A stretch of 64,000 nt of DNA from Vicinamibacterales bacterium. GTDB lineage: Bacteria > Acidobacteriota > Vicinamibacteria > Vicinamibacterales > UBA8438. The stretch covers positions 1,403,888-1,467,887 of the forward strand of contig OZ220736.1 in assembly GCA_965116825.1 (NCBI GenBank), read 5' to 3'. Position 1 is the first letter of the stretch; each line of letters begins with the position of its first letter. The translations under genes and the position numbers were made by a program. Of this stretch, positions 37,599 through 49,494 are shown in pieces. The notes beneath the pieces are model-generated. The model ran no database searches. It worked only from the letters and a program-made list of their open reading frames with translations, and was not told where the DNA came from.

Positions 37599-38381
37599 TC
37601 AGATGCCGAGGACGAACCCCACCGCGATGCGCACCATGCCCAGATGACGGTCCGCGTCGTCCCGCATGAACACCCGCTCCGTCCCTTCGAGTGATGGCAG
37701 GCTGAGGCGCCGGTAGGCCGCCGCGACACGGAGGGCGAGTCGATCGGTGAGATGAAAGTCCACCCCGCCGCCGGCGGCCAGAGCCAGACCGGACGAGAAG
37801 GCGTCGAAGCAGCGGGAGTACGCGCCGCCGCTGTCGGCGTCCTCGGCCGTGCCGGCGAATGACGCGCGGCCAGCGAGGACCTGGACGAACCGTGTGCTGC
37901 GTCGGGCGCGCGACAGTCGGTACTGCACGCCGCCCATGAAGGTGTGGAACCCTGCGTGGATGTCCGAACACGCCGACGCCGGTCCGGCTGCGTCCGGCGT
38001 CGGCAGGCGGCCGCTCGCCCTCCACCCCCTTCCCAGTTCACCGACAACGGCCAGAGAACGGCTGAGATGCAGGCCCGCGGACAGGAATGTCGCCGCTTCC
38101 GGTTGGGCGGTCGGCCGCTGCCAGAACGACGTAGCGCCAAGGGCGAGATGGAGGCCTCCTCTATCGAAGAAAGTCGCTTGCGGTTGTTGGTCAGCCTGTG
38201 CGCCTGGCTCCATGCGCCCGCGGTGCGGTTCGACCGGGATGCGAGCGAGACGCGGCGATCCCACGGCCGGCGACGCCCGTCCGTCGACCGGCAACGACTG
38301 CGCGACGGCCGCGGATCCGCCCAGGAACCCTGTCACCGCCATCAGAATGACTCCGCCTCGAACGATGTTGCCGTCCTGCAT
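37599..38381 (-). CDS. outer-membrane beta-barrel protein (OmpA-like barrel / porin family)
   Basis: ATG at 38381 with GGGAG upstream. Signal peptide (VILMAVTGFLGGSAAVAQS). Alternating-hydrophobic strands toward the C-terminus (LALRVAAAYRRL, MVRIAVGFVLGI). The upstream part of the track ORF was judged non-coding. Confidence 0.5.
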   Translation of the reverse strand: MQDGNIVRGGVILMAVTGFLGGSAAVAQSLPVDGRASPAVGSPRLARIPVEPHRGRMEPGAQADQQPQATFFDRGGLHLALGATSFWQRPTAQPEAATFLSAGLHLSRSLAVVGELGRGWRASGRLPTPDAAGPASACSDIHAGFHTFMGGVQYRLSRARRSTRFVQVLAGRASFAGTAEDADSGGAYSRCFDAFSSGLALAAGGGVDFHLTDRLALRVAAAYRRLSLPSLEGTERVFMRDDADRHLGMVRIAVGFVLGI

Positions 38382-38844
38382 CTCGCTGCTCCCTTCACCA
38401 GTGGAACGCCACGCCTGCGGACGATCCGTGACGCTCCCGTTGACGAGGGATACACGCAAGCGGAATGCCATCGCGCCGGGAGGCCGAGCACGGCGCCGTC
38501 CGCGGTTGTGCTTGCATTGTTGACGGAGCGGACGCGGGCAGCGTCGTGACTGCAGGCGCATCAATCGGTGCGAGTTGAGGTCACAGCAGCCGTACATGCT
38601 GTGCATATGGAACGACACAGGATGTCCTGTCCTGCCAGCGAATCCGGCGCCAATCATCTTCTCGTCGACCTGACGGTTTGCAGCCCGCGCACTTGCAGAC
38701 CATCCACGGGATGGCATCGCGGCGGAGTGGTGGTGGTGACGAGCGAGAGTCAACGCGCTGGATCGGTTGCCGGCAGCGCCAGGGCTGTCAACTCCGGCAC
38801 GCGCCCGCCGCCGACGGTCAGCACGTTGGTGTCAACGAAGGCCT

Positions 38845-40407
38845 TCACGGCGCAGACGCCTGGCCCGCGGCGGCGCGCAGCCCCTTCCAGATGCTCCAGC
38901 ACATGCCGAGCAGCACCAGCGCGAAGGGGAAGCCGGTTAGCAGAGAGGCCGTCTGCAGCGCCACCAGCCCGCCGCTGACCAGCAGGGTGATGGCGACGAT
39001 CCCTTCGAACGCGCACCAGAAGACGCGCTGGGCGACCGGCGCGTCGAGCTTGCCGCCGGCGGTGATGGTGTCGATGACGAGCGAGCCGGAATCGGAGGAG
39101 GTGACGAAGAAGACGATCACCAGGACGATGCCGATCGCCGACGTGACGCCGGAGAGCGGCAGCGCCTCCAGCATCCTGAACAGGGCCATCTCCGGCTGCC
39201 CGGCCTGCACCGCCTCGACCACCGCGGTATCGCCTCCCTCGAGATGGTGCGACAGCGCGGTCTCCCCGAACGCGTGCATCCAGAGCGCCGAGAGCGACAC
39301 GGGCAGGACCAGCATGCAGCCGACGAGCTGGCGCACCGTGCGGCCGCGCGAGACGCGCGCGATGAACATGCCGACGAAAGGGGACCACGAGAGCCACCAC
39401 GCCCAGAAGAAGGTGGTCCACCCGTGCAGGAAGTCGAAGTCGTCCCGCCCCACCCAGTTGCTGAGCGGTCCGATCGCCGCGAGATAGTGGCCGATGCTGG
39501 CGGCGAAGCCGGCGAAGAGGTCGAGGGTCGGCCCCATCGCCAGCACGAACACGAGCAGCAGCAGGGCCAGGAGCAGGTTGGCCTGGCTCAGGCGCTTTAC
39601 GCCCTTGTCCAACCCGGCGACCACCGACCCCAGCGCGATGGACGTGATGCCGGCGATGATCAGCACCTTGGTCGCGTCGGTGTCCGGCACGCCGAACAGA
39701 TGCGCCAACCCCGCCGCCGTCTGCTCGGCGCCCAGGCCGAGCGAGGTGGCCAGCCCGAAGAGCGCGGCGAACACGGCGAGGACGTCGATGAGATGGCCGA
39801 ACCGGCCCCACACTCTCTCGCCCAGGACCGGATAGAAGGCCGACCGCAGCGTCAACGGCAATCCCAGGTTGTAGGCGGCGAAGGCGAGCGCGACCGCAAC
39901 GACCGCGAACATCGCCCACGGGTGCACGCCCCAGTGATAGATGGCGGAGGCAACGGCGAGACTGTGCGCAGCGGCGGTGTCCGCGGCGTCGACCCCGAGC
40001 GGCGGATTCCGGAAATGGTCGACCGGCTCCGCCACGCCGAAGAACATCAGGCCGATGCCGATGCCGGCCGCGAACAGCATGGCGAACCACGACCAGACGG
40101 AGTAGTCGGGCCTGGCGTCCGGACCGCCCAGGCGCACGCGGCCGACCGGCGTCGCCAGCAGGAGCAGGCAGAACAGGACGAAGACGTTGCCGGCGCCCAT
40201 GAACACCCAGTCGAACGTCGAGGTGAGCCAAGCGTACAGGGCGTCGAAGACGCCCGCGGCGGCGTCCCGGAACGCCAGCACCGCGGTGACGAACGCGATG
40301 ATGGTGAGGCTGGAGACGACGAAGACCGGGTTGTGGACGTCGAGGCCGAGAAACCGGATGTTGTCCCGGCCGATCCGGTAGCCGGTCTGTGCGGCGATGG
40401 TGGTCAT
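38845..40407 (-). CDS. BCCT family (betaine/carnitine/choline) transporter
   Basis: BCCT signature region GWTTFFWAWWLSWSPFVGMFIARVSRGRTVRQ. 12-TM-like hydrophobicity. Confidence 0.9.
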   Translation of the reverse strand: MTTIAAQTGYRIGRDNIRFLGLDVHNPVFVVSSLTIIAFVTAVLAFRDAAAGVFDALYAWLTSTFDWVFMGAGNVFVLFCLLLLATPVGRVRLGGPDARPDYSVWSWFAMLFAAGIGIGLMFFGVAEPVDHFRNPPLGVDAADTAAAHSLAVASAIYHWGVHPWAMFAVVAVALAFAAYNLGLPLTLRSAFYPVLGERVWGRFGHLIDVLAVFAALFGLATSLGLGAEQTAAGLAHLFGVPDTDATKVLIIAGITSIALGSVVAGLDKGVKRLSQANLLLALLLLVFVLAMGPTLDLFAGFAASIGHYLAAIGPLSNWVGRDDFDFLHGWTTFFWAWWLSWSPFVGMFIARVSRGRTVRQLVGCMLVLPVSLSALWMHAFGETALSHHLEGGDTAVVEAVQAGQPEMALFRMLEALPLSGVTSAIGIVLVIVFFVTSSDSGSLVIDTITAGGKLDAPVAQRVFWCAFEGIVAITLLVSGGLVALQTASLLTGFPFALVLLGMCWSIWKGLRAAAGQASAP

Positions 40408-40438
40408 TGGTGGGGATCTGCTCGACCGCGCCGGCGGC

Positions 40439-41176
40439 TCAGTCGAAGATCCCGAGCTGCAGCTTCGCCGCGTCCGACATCCGGTCCTTGTCCCACGGCG
40501 GCTCCCACACGAGGTCGACGCGGGCGTCGGCGACTCCTTCGACGCCCTTCACCTTGCCCTGCACCTCGGCCGGCAGGGTGACCGCGGCGGGGCAACCGGG
40601 GGCGGTGAGCGTCATCTGGATGACTGCCAGGCCGTGCCTGTCGACCGCGACGTCGTAGATCAGGCCGAGCTCGTAGATGTTGACCGGGATCTCGGGATCG
40701 AAGACGGTCGAGAGCTGCTCGACGATCTGCGGCTTGAGCTCCAGCGTCCTGACCGGGTCGGGCTCAATCGGCGGTGCGGGGTCCTTCGACGACCCGGCCG
40801 CCTGCCCGGTGGCCGGATCCGCGGGACCGGGACCGGTCAACGCACTGGTATCGAACATGGACGACCCCGGCGGTCCGTCGGGCGCCGGCAGCGGCGGCAC
40901 GGACGGCGCCTGGGGCGGCGGCGCAGAACCGTCCACGTGCGGCGGAATGACGGGCTGACCTCCCGGCGCAGGTGTCGCTCCCGGTGCGCCCCCGCCGGCC
41001 GGGGCAGATCCACTCGCACTCGGCGCGGCAGTGGATGGCCCCGCGGCGCCGGCGGTCGCCTGCCCGAACCCGACCGAACCGGTTTGCGCGGCGCCGCCGG
41101 GCGCGGTCGACCGGTCACCATCCCTGCCGACCGCGCCGAGCGGCGGCGGCACGTCGTCTATCTTCAGGATGCTCAT
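40439..41176 (-). CDS. sufT: SufT-like Fe-S assembly protein (DUF59/MIP18) with a ~130-aa Pro/Ala/Gly-rich N-terminal extension
   Basis: C-terminal 110 aa are typical (VFDPEIPVNIYELGLIYDV...MTLTAPGCPAA...VWEPPWDKDRMS). The N-terminal low-complexity part is in the same ORF. The true start might be internal, at MFDTS around 40858. Confidence 0.75.
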   Translation of the reverse strand: MSILKIDDVPPPLGAVGRDGDRSTAPGGAAQTGSVGFGQATAGAAGPSTAAPSASGSAPAGGGAPGATPAPGGQPVIPPHVDGSAPPPQAPSVPPLPAPDGPPGSSMFDTSALTGPGPADPATGQAAGSSKDPAPPIEPDPVRTLELKPQIVEQLSTVFDPEIPVNIYELGLIYDVAVDRHGLAVIQMTLTAPGCPAAVTLPAEVQGKVKGVEGVADARVDLVWEPPWDKDRMSDAAKLQLGIFD

Positions 41177-41240
41177 TCTGCGCGCTCCTTACGTAACCAC
41201 CAAGCTGCGACCACGGTCCAAGCTGTCGCGTCCGTCGGTA

Positions 41241-41690
41241 CTACTCCGTCGACACCAGCTCGTGGCGATCCTCGACGGCCGCCCGCAGCGTGTGCCAGGC
41301 AAGGCTGGCGCACTTGACCCGGGTCGGGAAGTCGCGCACGCCGGCGAACACGGCCAGCTTGCCCACCCGTGCGTCGTCGACCGCCGCGGTGTCGTCGGTG
41401 ACCAGCGCCAGGAACTGCTCGAAGAGCAGGCGCGCCTCGCCCAGCGTCTTGCCCTTGACCGCGTCGGTCATCAGCGACGCGGAAGCCTTCGAGATGGCGC
41501 AGCCGGAGCCGAGGAAGCTGACCTCGGAGATCCGGTCGCCGTCGAGGTTGACGTAGACGGCCAGCTTGTCACCGCACAACGGGTTGTAGCCGTCCGCGTG
41601 CCGGTCGGCGCCGTCGAGCTCCCCGAAGTTGTGCGGGCGCCGGTTGTGGTCGAGGATGACCTCCTGGTAGAGGTCGCGGAGGTCGCTCAT
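41241..41690 (-). CDS. sufU: SufU/IscU-like Fe-S scaffold / sulfur-transfer protein
   Basis: [39 protein letters not shown] and VKCASLAW. This is the 3' end of the 1016-aa track ORF 41241..44291. Its ATG overlaps the sufS stop. Confidence 0.85.
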   Translation of the reverse strand: MSDLRDLYQEVILDHNRRPHNFGELDGADRHADGYNPLCGDKLAVYVNLDGDRISEVSFLGSGCAISKASASLMTDAVKGKTLGEARLLFEQFLALVTDDTAAVDDARVGKLAVFAGVRDFPTRVKCASLAWHTLRAAVEDRHELVSTE

Positions 41691-42961
41691 AGGGGGAACA
41701 TCTCCCGCACGCGCTCGAGGGCGCGCACCAGCGCGTCGATCTCCTCGCGCGTGTTGTACATGGCCACCGAGGCGCGGGCCGTGGCCGGCACCCCGAAGCG
41801 GTCCATAATCGGCTGCGTGCAGTGGTGGCCGGTGCGGACGGCGACCCCCTCGGTGTCGACGATGGTGCCGACGTCGTGCGGATGCACCTTCTTCATGACG
41901 AAGGCGAGGATGCTCGCCTTGTCCTTCGCCGTGCCGATCAGCCGCAGCCCCTTGACCTCGGAGAGCGCCGCCGTCCCGTAGGCCAGCAGGTCCGCCTCGT
42001 GCGGGGCGATGGCTTCGAAGCCGACCCCCACCAGGTAGTCGATCGCCGCGCCGAGGCCGACCACCCCGGCGATGTGCGGCGTGCCCGCCTCGAACTTGTG
42101 CGGCAGGTCGGCGTAGGTCGTCTTCTCGAACGTGACCGACCGGATCATGTCGCCGCCCCCCTGGTAGGGCGGCATCCGCTCCAGCCACTCCTCGCGGCCC
42201 CACAGCACGCCGATGCCGGTCGGCCCGTAGAGCTTGTGCCCGGTGAACGCGTAGAAGTCGCAGTCGAGCGCCTGCACGTCCACCGGCATGTGATAGACCG
42301 ACTGCGACCCGTCGATGAGCACCGGCACGTCGCGGCGCTTCGCCATCGCGACGATCTCGCGCACCGGGTTGATGGTGCCGAGCGAGTTCGACAGGTGCAC
42401 CACCGAGACGAGCTTCGTCCGCGGCCCGAGCAGCCGCTCGAACTCGTCGAGCTGCAGCGTGCCGCTGTCGTCGATCGGCGCCACCCGGAGCTGCGCCCCG
42501 ACCTGCTCGCACAGGAGCTGCCACGGCACGATGTTCGAGTGGTGCTCCATATGGGTGATCAGGATCTCGTCGCCCGGTCCGACCTGCCGCCGGCCGAAGC
42601 TCTGCGCCACCAGGTTGATGCTCTCGGTGGAGTTGCGCGTGAAGATGATCTCCCGCGACGCGCGGGCGTTGAGGAACCGCTGCACCTTGATGCGCGCGGC
42701 GTCGTAGGCCGCGGTCGCCTCTCCGCTCAGCGTGTAGACGCCGCGGTGGATGTTGGCGTTGCCGTTGTCGTAGTAGCGCGCGAGCGCGTCGAGCACCTGC
42801 CGCGGCTTCTGCGTGGTGGCCGCGTTGTCGAGGTAGACGAGCGGATGTTCCCGGATCCTGCGCGCCAGGATCGGAAAGTCCTGCCGGATGCGCTCGACGT
42901 CGAGTCCCGGCGGCGCCACCGCGGCGGCAACCTCCACGGCAGCGCTCCCCGCGGCGCTCAC
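41687..42961 (-). CDS. sufS: cysteine desulfurase SufS
   Basis: Group II desulfurase pattern. PLP lysine in [13 protein letters not shown]. Catalytic Cys in RTGHHCTQP. Confidence 0.9.
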   Translation of the reverse strand: MSAAGSAAVEVAAAVAPPGLDVERIRQDFPILARRIREHPLVYLDNAATTQKPRQVLDALARYYDNGNANIHRGVYTLSGEATAAYDAARIKVQRFLNARASREIIFTRNSTESINLVAQSFGRRQVGPGDEILITHMEHHSNIVPWQLLCEQVGAQLRVAPIDDSGTLQLDEFERLLGPRTKLVSVVHLSNSLGTINPVREIVAMAKRRDVPVLIDGSQSVYHMPVDVQALDCDFYAFTGHKLYGPTGIGVLWGREEWLERMPPYQGGGDMIRSVTFEKTTYADLPHKFEAGTPHIAGVVGLGAAIDYLVGVGFEAIAPHEADLLAYGTAALSEVKGLRLIGTAKDKASILAFVMKKVHPHDVGTIVDTEGVAVRTGHHCTQPIMDRFGVPATARASVAMYNTREEIDALVRALERVREMFPL

Positions 42962-43045
42962 CGCAAGCCTCCCCGCGAACAGGCCGGGCCGCGTTGTGCC
43001 GCAACTCGCGAATCGCTGACACGCCGGCCGGCCCCGGTTTCGTTG

Positions 43046-44404
43046 TCACGCGTCCACATGGAAGGACCCTCCACCCGACCCGGGCAGTTGCGCCAGCAGG
43101 AGATCGTCGAGCTGATCGCGGATCGGCTCGATGGCGATGTGTTTCAACAGGTCGCCGGCGAAGGCATGGATGAGCACGCTGCGCGCCTGCTCCAGCCCGA
43201 GTCCGCGGGCCCGCAGGTAGAAGAGCGCGTCGTGGTCGAGCTGGCCCACCGTGGCGCCGTGCGTGCACTTGACGTCGTCGGCGAAGATCTCCAGTTCCGG
43301 CTTCGTGTTGATCTGCGCGTCCTCGGAGAGCAGCAACGCCTTGTTGGTCTGCTTCGCATCGGTCTTCTGGGCGTCGATGGCGACGATGATCTTGCCGTTG
43401 AAGACGGCCCGGGCCTCTCCGTCGAGTATTCCCTTGTACAGCTCGTGGCTCGAGCAGTGCGGCTGCGCGTGGTGGATCGTCGTGTGGTTGTCGACCAGCC
43501 GCCGGCCGTTGGCCAGATAGAGCCCGTTGAACGTGCACTCGACCCCTTCGCCGTCCAGCAGCGCCTGCGCGTCGTTGCGCACGATGGCGCCGCCCAGGGT
43601 GACCGCGTGCGACGAGAAGTTGGCCGCGCGGCCGAGCCGGACGTGCATGGAGCCGATGTGGTAGGCCGCGAGACCCTCGCGCACCAGCTTGTAGTGGTCG
43701 ACCACCGCGCCCGGCCCGGCGACGACCTCCGTCACCGTGTTCGTCAGGTACGGGGAATCGCCGCCGCCGTAGCTCTCCACCACCCGCACCTGCGCGTTCT
43801 CGCCGACGACGAGCAGCACGCGCGGATGGGTCATCACCGGCTCGCCGCCCGGAGGCGGCGACGTGACGAAGAGCAACTGGATCGGCTGCTCGACCACCGT
43901 GTTCGCCGGCACCCGGACGACGGCGCCGTCGTGCAGCAGCGCCGTGTTGAGCGCCGTGAACGCCTCGTTCCCGATGCCGGCGCCGGAGGCCAGATGCCCC
44001 TCGACCGCCGTCCGGGTCTCGCTCTCGTCCGACGCGAGCACGTCCGCCAGACTCAGCACCTCGACGCCTTGCGGCAGCCCGGAAACGTCGGAAGCCGGCG
44101 CCACGTAGCGGCCGTTGATGAACGTCAGCCCCGCCCCGACGCCCGGCAGGGCGTGCGGCGCGGCAGCGGCCTTGGCGGCCTCGCGCTCGGCCGGCGCGGC
44201 CAGCGCGAACGTGGTGCCGGCGATGGGCGCTATGTTGGTGAACCGCCACGCCTCCAGCCGCGTGGTCGGCATCCCGAGCGCGGTGAAGCACTCGAAGGCG
44301 CGGCGCCGCAGGTCGAGGACCGCGGCAGGCGCGGGCGCGGTGCGGCGAACCGCCTCGCAGGCGTCGGCGTAGGCTTCGGCAGGAGCGAGCGTCGTCATCG
44401 GCAC
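43046..44404 (-). CDS. sufD: Fe-S cluster assembly protein SufD
   Basis: 452 aa, located between sufC and sufS. Typical SufD C-terminal beta-helix (NTKPELEIFADDVKCTHGATVGQLD). Confidence 0.85.
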   Translation of the reverse strand: MPMTTLAPAEAYADACEAVRRTAPAPAAVLDLRRRAFECFTALGMPTTRLEAWRFTNIAPIAGTTFALAAPAEREAAKAAAAPHALPGVGAGLTFINGRYVAPASDVSGLPQGVEVLSLADVLASDESETRTAVEGHLASGAGIGNEAFTALNTALLHDGAVVRVPANTVVEQPIQLLFVTSPPPGGEPVMTHPRVLLVVGENAQVRVVESYGGGDSPYLTNTVTEVVAGPGAVVDHYKLVREGLAAYHIGSMHVRLGRAANFSSHAVTLGGAIVRNDAQALLDGEGVECTFNGLYLANGRRLVDNHTTIHHAQPHCSSHELYKGILDGEARAVFNGKIIVAIDAQKTDAKQTNKALLLSEDAQINTKPELEIFADDVKCTHGATVGQLDHDALFYLRARGLGLEQARSVLIHAFAGDLLKHIAIEPIRDQLDDLLLAQLPGSGGGSFHVDA

Positions 44405-44408
44405 CCCG

Positions 44409-45170
<762 letters not shown>

Positions 45171-45294
45171 GGCTGTCTGATATTCCTCCCTGCGCGGCCG
45201 GCGCGCCCCGCCGATACCGCTGCGGCGGATCCGCCCGGCCCTGGCAGCGTGGCGCAAGCCCCGCTGCATTCGAGCGGCGTTCCACCACGGATTG

Positions 45295-46737
<1,443 letters not shown>

Positions 46738-46969
46738 GACGCCTGCTCCCGGTTGACGCGACAGCTCCAGCCGGCCGGGGGCCTGCCGAGAGTCGCGGTC
46801 GATGTTCGATCCGCATTCCCGACCAGAATGGTCGGATATCGAATTCTACCGAATCGGCAGGTGCTCACGCAACCGCAGCGCCGGAGCCGGGTCCGGAGCC
46901 CGAGCGTGGAGCACGCCCTGCGCTGGCGACACCAGAGCCGCTGGGCTTCGGCTGCGCGGCCTGTGCCGT

Positions 46970-47368
46970 GAAGCCGATGCGACGCCGCCCGGCCGGTTCT
47001 CGTTCCGTCACGTCAAGCCGGGCCTGCTCTTCGGCTGTCGTCGCGTCGACCTGGGGGCCGGTCAGCACGCCTTCGTCGCCGAGCCGGAGAAGGCGCTGCT
47101 CGACATCGTCCACCTGCAGCCGGGCGGCGACGACGCTCGGGAGCGTGAACCGTCCGGCTACAGCCTGCGTGGCGGTCTGCGCGCCATCCGGAGCGACCTG
47201 TCGGCGGAGGGCTACGAGGTCGACCTGCGTGTCCGGGAACGCGCTGCGGTCCACAGCGAGATCGACGTCCGCCCGCCCGCCGGCGCTACGACGGAGGTCA
47301 ACGTGGTGCGCCGCCACGAGACGCTCCGTCTCCTCCCGTACCCCGAACGCATGGTAGGCAGCGCGTAG
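46970..47368 (+). pseudogene. possible AbiEi-like (type IV TA antitoxin) C-terminal remnant
   Basis: Within track ORF 46802..47368, GRFSFRHVKPGLLFGCRRVDLGAGQHAFVAEPEKALLDIVHL resembles the AbiEi C-terminal domain motif. There is no N-terminal wHTH and no intact partner. This is a weak call. Confidence 0.25.
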
Positions 47369-47463
47369 AGACCGTGCTATCGTGCGGAGACGTAAACGTG
47401 AAGCGGGCAGTAAATATCACATTGGCGCGGCTGCCCGCCGGCTTCCGGTCGAGGAGCACGAAC

Positions 47464-48243
47464 ATGGTTGTCACCACAACGAGGCGCCTGCTGTCGATCG
47501 CGGCCGTGCTGGCCAGCCTGGGGCTGTCGGGAGCGCCGCCGGCGCTCGCCCAGCTCGACCGGAGCCGATGCGCCGACTGTCACTTCGCCAACCCCTACAC
47601 CGAGCCGGCGCAGGACCACCTGCACGAGTGGAGCCTGTCGCCGCACCGCCGCGCCGACGTCGGATGCGACCGCTGTCACGGCGGCAACGCGGACACGTTC
47701 GAGTCGTGGCAGGCGCACCAGGGCGTGCTGGGCAGCTTCAATCCGTCGAGCCCCGTCCATCGCACCCAGTTGCCGGGCACGTGCGGCGCCTGTCATATCG
47801 GCCCCTACGTCAACTTCCAGTCGAGCCGGCATCACGAGCTGCTGACCCGGGGAGACCGCCGCGTTCCGACCTGCTCGACCTGTCACGGCAGTGTCAGCGG
47901 ACAGCTCCTGTCGCCCGAAGGGCTCGAGCGGCAGTGCGCGGAATGCCACGGCCCCGAGGGAATAGAGCCCCGTCCGGGGCGTGCGGCGGACGCGCGGCTC
48001 CTGCTGGAAGGTATCGCCGAGGTACGGGAGTCTCTCGAGGCAGCCAGTCACCTCATCGAGCGGGTCCGCGACCCCGACCGCCGAAGCACGCTCGAGGCCG
48101 CGTATCTGCAGAGCGAAGTACCATTGATCGAGGCGCGGCGGGCCGGCCACCGCTTCGTCTTCGATCAGCTCGAAGAACGCCTGGCGACGGCGAGGGAACG
48201 CGCGGCCGCACTGCTGAGTGAGCTGGTCAACCCGTCGCCATGA
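47464..48243 (+). CDS. secreted pentahaem c-type cytochrome
   Basis: Signal peptide (LLSIAAVLASLGLSGAPPALA). Five CxxCH motifs: CADCH, CDRCH, CGACH, CSTCH, CAECH. Confidence 0.8.
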   Translation: MVVTTTRRLLSIAAVLASLGLSGAPPALAQLDRSRCADCHFANPYTEPAQDHLHEWSLSPHRRADVGCDRCHGGNADTFESWQAHQGVLGSFNPSSPVHRTQLPGTCGACHIGPYVNFQSSRHHELLTRGDRRVPTCSTCHGSVSGQLLSPEGLERQCAECHGPEGIEPRPGRAADARLLLEGIAEVRESLEAASHLIERVRDPDRRSTLEAAYLQSEVPLIEARRAGHRFVFDQLEERLATARERAAALLSELVNPSP

Positions 48244-48284
48244 CGGCGTCGCAAGTACCTCCACAAACCGTCGATCGCATTGGA

Positions 48285-48622
48285 ATGACGATCAAGCGAA
48301 TCCTGCTGCCGACAGATTTCAGCGACACCGCCGCGCACACGCTCGGCTATGCCCGCGAGATGGCCGAACGGTTCGGCTCCGAGGTGCACGTGCTGCACGT
48401 CGTAGCGGACCCGACGCCGCAGGACTGGGCGATCGGGGCGGCCGCGCTGGTCGTCTCCGATCTGCTCAAGACGTGGGAGGCCGCCGCGGAACGGCGTCTC
48501 GCGAGATCTCTCTGGACGGCATCGAGACCGTGCGGGCGACCCGCGTCGGACCATCCGCAGGTACCGTGGAGAACTGCGCGGCGCAGATTGGCGGTTTCCC
48601 GATGGTTCCATCCTTATCATGA
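48285..48622 (+). pseudogene. universal stress protein (UspA family), frameshifted and 3'-degraded
   Basis: MTIKRILLPTDFSDTAAHTLGYAREMAERFGSEVHVLHVV is a canonical Usp N-terminus. The continuation (EISLDGIETVRATRVGPSAGTVENCAAQIG) is in another frame, track ORF 48218..48622. The expected DLIVMGxHGR...PVLVV end is not intact. Confidence 0.6.
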
Positions 48623-48862
48623 GAGATCTCCTTCTAATTGCATCACCCGACTAACTGGTCGTGCACGGGCGCGACGATGATGGTACGCCGGATGTGATCC
48701 GGTAAACGGGTCTCTACGTTCAGGTGCTCATCAAGCACGACGGGATGTCGTTTGGGTTGACGCCCCGAGGTCGTAGAGACTGTCGTTGACATCCGCTCCC
48801 CTCCTCAGTCTGTTGCGGTGAAGAATCCTCGGTGGTCCGGTCGCCCCTATCTTGCGCTCACC

Positions 48863-48878
48863 ATAGCCAATCGGCTAT
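48863..48878. promoter_or_regulatory. palindrome ATAGCC-AATC-GGCTAT upstream of the XRE-HTH ORF
   Basis: Read directly, 9 nt upstream of the GTG at 48888. This is typical operator geometry for XRE-family repressors. Confidence 0.4.
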
Positions 48879-48887
48879 ACAAGAGGG

Positions 48888-49473
48888 GTGGTCCTCCGCA
48901 ATCTCGTTCGCGAGGCACGCAAGCGCGCAGGGCTCACGCAGGCCGAGCTGGGGTACAGGGCCGGTGTGCCGCAATCGACGATTGCGCGCATAGAATCCGG
49001 CGCCCGTACCCCCTCGACCGTCATGGTGGAGCGCCTCGTCCGCGCAGCCGGATTCGAGGTCCGCGCGAGACTCGGCGAACCCGATCCTGACACCGGATGT
49101 TGGCCGCACTGCATGACGCCGACGTGCGTTTCGTCCTGATCGGCGGCATGGCGGCGGTCCTGCACGGCGACGTCGGCGTGACCGTCGACATCGACATCGC
49201 GCCAGCGTACGATCCCGACAATCTCGAACGGCTGGCTGCGGCGCTGCGCACCCTCGACGCACGCATTCGCACCGACCACGTTCCGCAGGGTCTGCCCCGT
49301 TCGATTGCTCCGCCGGTTTCCTGCGTAATCTCGGCCCGGACGCCATTCTCAACCTGACGACCCGGGCGGGCGCCCTCGACGTTTCCTTCACCCCGGCGGG
49401 TCCTCGAACGGACATCGACAGACCGTCGCGATTGAGTCCGTCGGTCCAAGCTCCCGAACGAGCCTGTCGCTGA
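48888..49473 (+). pseudogene. XRE-HTH plus minimal nucleotidyltransferase-like gene, decayed by at least 2 frameshifts
   Basis: Frame a: VLRNLVREARKRAGLTQAELGYRAGVPQSTIARIESGARTPS (XRE HTH). Frame b (49097..): VRFVLIGGMAAVLHGDVGVTVDIDIAP, the NTase hG[GS]..DxD pattern. Frame c: FLRNLGPDAILNLTTRAGALDVSFTPAG. Confidence 0.55.
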
Positions 49474-49494
49474 TCTCCGTCCCGCAGCTACACC

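Noticed and set aside
38382-38749. The ~370-bp apparently non-coding gap upstream of the OMP gene, examined for an RNA gene or riboswitch
   Set aside because: I could not discern a convincing conserved structure or tRNA-like cloverleaf by eye. ORFs there (e.g. 38568..38978) are compositionally implausible.
41691-44291. The upstream ~870 codons of the 1016-aa ORF 41241..44291, and the 891-aa plus ORF 41822..44497
   Set aside because: Only the last 149 codons (SufU) are meaningful. The rest overlaps sufS and sufD in other frames.
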